Positions 60,717 through 64,000 of a DNA stretch of 64,000 nt are shown here, one piece after another; the first letter of the stretch is position 1, and each line of letters opens with the position of its first letter. A model generated the notes under the pieces. The model was not told where the DNA came from. It saw nothing but the letters and a program-made list of their open reading frames with translations, and did not search any database. Source of the stretch: an uncultured Bacilli bacterium. Lineage in GTDB: Bacteria; Bacillota_I; Bacilli_A; RFN20; CAG-288. Where the stretch lies: positions 493,965 to 557,964 of the forward strand of contig CALVMW010000001.1 in the NCBI GenBank assembly GCA_944349335.1. The letters are read 5' to 3'. Position numbers and translations under genes: made by a program.

Positions 60717-61839
60717 TATAAATACCTCTACGCTTATCAAGAAAAAATAAAAATTCATTTGTATGTATGGTTCTATTTTGTAAATTTCTGCTCCCTCTAA
60801 ATGTATTATAAATAATTTGCTTTGATTCAACTTTTCCATATTTTTTTAGCATAGTTTCCATTTCATCGTAAGAAATAAAACCCTCGTTGTTATATGAAAT
60901 TAAAGCAAATTTAGTATCTAAATTTTTAATAATTTGCTCCATAGAAAGTAAAGCATATTTTTTCTTATTAAAAACTGAACGATTCCAACCATCTGGAATA
61001 CCTGACACCTTTGAAATCGATTCAGGTATTTTATTATCAATTATTAAATTTAACATAAAATAATTAGATCCATAAGGATGCTGATTATAGGGAGGATCTA
61101 GATAAACAAAATCGAGATTCTTTAATAAGGAGGAAATACTAATAGCATCTTGTCGGTATACAAGATAATCTGTTGATATATTAGAAAGAATAGGTCTTCT
61201 TAATTGAATTTTTCCTTTTATCCTTGAAAGTGCATTTTCTGCTGAACCTCCAAATTTACCAATACCAGTATTTTTATCTTTATAAAAACCTTTAAAAACA
61301 CCGCTGGTATTAACATGAATTGAAGCTTCAGTAATTAAAGAAACTAAAAAGTACTTTTTTAGATCTGTATGGGGGGGGGGTACAAGTTTATCAATATAAT
61401 GTCGATAACTATCAATTAAAACGGCATTATCATGAGTATAGAACACTCTTTCACCTAATTTAATATCATCATCATTTTTAGGTGAATAAAGATGTGTAAT
61501 AATTCCTTCAACAGGCTTTAATTTTACTGCTTCGTTTATTTGTGTTAGATAAAAATCAAATAGATCATAATCAAACTCATTATTATTGGATAAAAACACA
61601 CTATTAATTAATTCAGAATATTTTTCCAAATCATTAGCTATAACTAAGCTAGAATATTGCTTTAAGAGGCGAGCAACAATACCACTACCAGAAAAAATAT
61701 CTAATGTAACCAGTTTTCTTTTATGTAATTTTTTTAAAACTTCATTTATAAAAAAATCTATTTCCCTTAAAAGTGAGCGCTTATTTCCCAAATATGTTAT
61801 TATTTGTTCATTAAAATATGGTGATTCAAAATCAATCAT
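60703..61839 (-). CDS. N6-adenine DNA methyltransferase (D12 class, M.NlaIII/M.HpyI-like)
   Basis: YLGNK, DIFSGSGIV, NDLE, YLDPPYN and SYNNEG motifs. Confidence 0.9.
   Translation of the reverse strand: MIDFESPYFNEQIITYLGNKRSLLREIDFFINEVLKKLHKRKLVTLDIFSGSGIVARLLKQYSSLVIANDLEKYSELINSVFLSNNNEFDYDLFDFYLTQINEAVKLKPVEGIITHLYSPKNDDDIKLGERVFYTHDNAVLIDSYRHYIDKLVPPPHTDLKKYFLVSLITEASIHVNTSGVFKGFYKDKNTGIGKFGGSAENALSRIKGKIQLRRPILSNISTDYLVYRQDAISISSLLKNLDFVYLDPPYNQHPYGSNYFMLNLIIDNKIPESISKVSGIPDGWNRSVFNKKKYALLSMEQIIKNLDTKFALISYNNEGFISYDEMETMLKKYGKVESKQIIYNTFRGSRNLQNRTIHTNEFLFFLDKRRGIYNGFW
61371..61380. repeat. G10/C10 homopolymer inside the MTase
   Basis: GGGGGGGGGG on the + strand; reads V-P-P-P-H in frame on the coding strand. 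Confidence 0.95.
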
Positions 61840-62131
61840 ATAATAGCCTCTCAATCAAACCAAATTTTAACACGGGATTTCTTCTTTTACTATACTTTTA
61901 AACAAAATACTTATAGCATTATTTGAAATAACTTTGAGAACAAATTGATAAAAATCAAAAGATAAAAATTAAATTTAGATAATAACAAATTTCTTTTTCT
62001 ACTATACCCATTTAAAAAACTATCAGTTAAGCTCTAATAACGAAAAACTAAACATAAAAAAATGCCCGATTTCTCGAGCATTTATTTTCTATTTTGATAC
62101 CATTATTCGTATCAAAATATTAATTATAAAC

Positions 62132-62221
62132 TGGCGGAGCAAGAGAGATTTGAACTCTCGCTGAGATTACTCCCACTAAGTCCTTAGCAGGGACTCCTCT
62201 TCACCACTTGAGTATTGCTCC
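62132..62221 (-). tRNA. tRNA-Ser(GCU)
   Basis: GGAGCAATACTCAAGTGG...AGTCC-CTGCTAA-GGACT, long variable arm, GCCA end. Confidence 0.96.
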
Positions 62222-62301
62222 AAATAAGCCCGCAGGCTTATTTATTATCGCTTTTTTTTAGAAAAAGTCAAGCGTTGCGGGCTTAATCAATATAATTTAG
62301 T

Positions 62302-64000
62302 TTACAAAACGATACCAGTGATCTGAGGAGTGCCATTGTAAGGAGCATAATAGACTAACATACTGACTTCAGAACCGATAGTAAGAGAACTTGTCTTTTC
62401 ATCAGTTAAGAAGTCTTTAGGATTGCTGAAGTAATAAACATCGCCTTCATTACGATCAGAAATCTTGATAGTTCCGTTAGCACTAGCACCGTAAACTAAG
62501 ATATCATCAGTGCAACCTTCACTGACAAGATAGAAGTTACCATATTGGGTACCATCTGTTGAATCAGAATATCTCCAAGAAGTGATAGTACCAGAGACTT
62601 CATAGACACCGAAAGTCTTAACCATCTCATTGTTGAAATCATCAGTAGTCTTTGAACCATTGACAATTGTTTCACCATTAACAGCTAAGATGACAGCACT
62701 GATCTCTTTTGTAGATCCATAATCAGCACGGATACAAGCAACTGTTAATCTATCACCATCTTTAATATCCTTTGTATATTCATTAGTATTGAAGTCTTTA
62801 GCATTCTCGTATGAATATCTTTCAGTAGCATTATCGAAAACGATAGCATCAGCACTTGCACCAGAGCCATAGACTTGGATACGAGTATCTCCATCTTCAA
62901 GATACATATTACCATATTGGTCGCCTTTAACATCAGAAGCGGTACCTTCAGTGATATAGATAAACTTACCATCAGTATCATCAGCATTGAATACGGTAGC
63001 TAAATCAGCAAACTGAAGTTCAGGTTCACCGACAGCGGTTAAAATATCGATGACACAAGTAGCAGTAGCTTTACCATATGTAGCAGTGATAGTAACTTCG
63101 CCTTGAGCAAGTAAGTTAACTGTAGCTTCACCAGTAGGATTACCTTCACTGTCGACTGCGGGAGTGACTGTAGCTAAAGTATCATCAGAAGAAGACCAAG
63201 TGAGCGCACCTTCACTAGTACCAGCATAAGCGGCAGAGATAGTAAGTGTAGAACTTGTATATCCTGAAGTTTCATTAACGTTTAAAAGGATCTCATCTTC
63301 AGTGACTTCTCTAGGTTCAACAGAAGTAATAAGTAAAGCCGCATAAGCATTGCTTGTAGAATAACCGACAAAGAAACCTTCGATATCATAAGCAGTATTC
63401 TTTTCGAAAGTGAACATATCAGAATCGAGGTAAGAAGGTTCGATAGTGACATTAGCACCACCTAAAGAGAGTGTTGTATATCCACCTAATTCACCGGCGA
63501 TTGTAGAATAAGAATACTTCTTAAGTTCAGTCTGATCGAAAGAAGTTTTACCGACCCAAGCCTCAGCAACATCAGCAGTAAGAGGAGTAGCTTCAGGAGC
63601 AGTAAGTTCATCAGTAGCTTGTAATTTAGTGACTACAGCAGCGGCTGTAAACTGATAGAAACCACTATATGAACCAGAAATAGTTTCTCTAATACGGAGA
63701 TGATCACCGATTTCATAATCAGTAGGTTTAGCATTAAGATAGTACATAGCAGTAGCTGTACCATCATAAATTAAGACAGAACGAGCATTCTTAGCGACGA
63801 CAATAGCATCGACAACAGCATCTTGACCTTTAGCAAGAGTATTTAAAGTGGTTGTTTTATCTTCAGTAGCAACATAGAAATCAAATGAGCAAGAGGTGAT
63901 TGCAGAATCTTTAGCAGTAGCTGTAATGGTTACTTTGGAATCACTAGCAGCAACACCTGTGACAACACCATTCTCATCGACAGTAGCTAAAGTTTCATCA
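62302..64000 (-). CDS. large surface protein with Big_2 Ig domains and OB-fold-like repeats, 5'-truncated by the window edge
   Basis: Frame is open to the window end (DETLATVDENGVVTG); WSSSDDTLATV; repeated QYGNxYL...VYG units. Confidence 0.8.
   Translation of the reverse strand, partial: DETLATVDENGVVTGVAASDSKVTITATAKDSAITSCSFDFYVATEDKTTTLNTLAKGQDAVVDAIVVAKNARSVLIYDGTATAMYYLNAKPTDYEIGDHLRIRETISGSYSGFYQFTAAAVVTKLQATDELTAPEATPLTADVAEAWVGKTSFDQTELKKYSYSTIAGELGGYTTLSLGGANVTIEPSYLDSDMFTFEKNTAYDIEGFFVGYSTSNAYAALLITSVEPREVTEDEILLNVNETSGYTSSTLTISAAYAGTSEGALTWSSSDDTLATVTPAVDSEGNPTGEATVNLLAQGEVTITATYGKATATCVIDILTAVGEPELQFADLATVFNADDTDGKFIYITEGTASDVKGDQYGNMYLEDGDTRIQVYGSGASADAIVFDNATERYSYENAKDFNTNEYTKDIKDGDRLTVACIRADYGSTKEISAVILAVNGETIVNGSKTTDDFNNEMVKTFGVYEVSGTITSWRYSDSTDGTQYGNFYLVSEGCTDDILVYGASANGTIKISDRNEGDVYYFSNPKDFLTDEKTSSLTIGSEVSMLVYYAPYNGTPQITGIVL

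Noticed and set aside
60717-60839. N-terminal extension of the 169-aa ORF
   Set aside because: It overlaps the MTase C-terminus. The ATG at 60716 with a GAGG RBS is the better start.
57942-62131. Intact integrative element at tRNA-Ser
   Set aside because: No integrase, and I found no duplicated tRNA 3' end (att site). Treated as an islet only.
3863-62987. Short antisense or nested ORFs in the ORF track (e.g. 3863-4279, 9010-9465, 24016-24261, 34151-34477, 61586-61843)
   Set aside because: They lie within well-supported genes, lack RBSs and motifs, and look like shadow ORFs.
1-64000. CRISPR array or genetic code 4
   Set aside because: No regularly spaced repeats seen. TGA acts as a stop in coupled genes (pstA/pstB, gltX) and Trp is encoded by TGG.

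Overview
Chromosomal window from a very AT-rich, genome-reduced Bacillota bacterium using genetic code 11 (TGA is stop). The gene content suggests a wall-reduced gut Bacilli lineage; this is inference. Most of it is housekeeping: a complete pstSCAB-phoU-phoPR operon with a Pho box, four tRNAs, pulA, galKT, ftsK, a gltX-to-trpS operon, and rpmH-rnpA-yidC-jag without dnaA next to it. The most notable items are: (1) a ~440-nt ORF-poor, multi-helix candidate ncRNA on the minus strand (~12680-12241), directly downstream of an HPr homologue that lacks His15 and has a cre-overlapped promoter; (2) a three-gene defence-like cassette at the tRNA-Ser 3' end, made of an adenine MTase with an in-frame C10 tract, a 128-aa unknown protein and a DUF262-DUF1524 nuclease; (3) several intact ORFs with eroded catalytic motifs (three polysaccharide GT folds, an M16 pair, DUF368); (4) a SipW-type peptidase beside its cognate-looking surface protein; (5) DegV coupled to a bacterial-ceramide-synthase/YghO-like GNAT; (6) a tRNA-Ile2 with C33. 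I saw no CRISPR array, integrase, transposase or reverse transcriptase. All family calls come from motif recognition by eye, not database searches.
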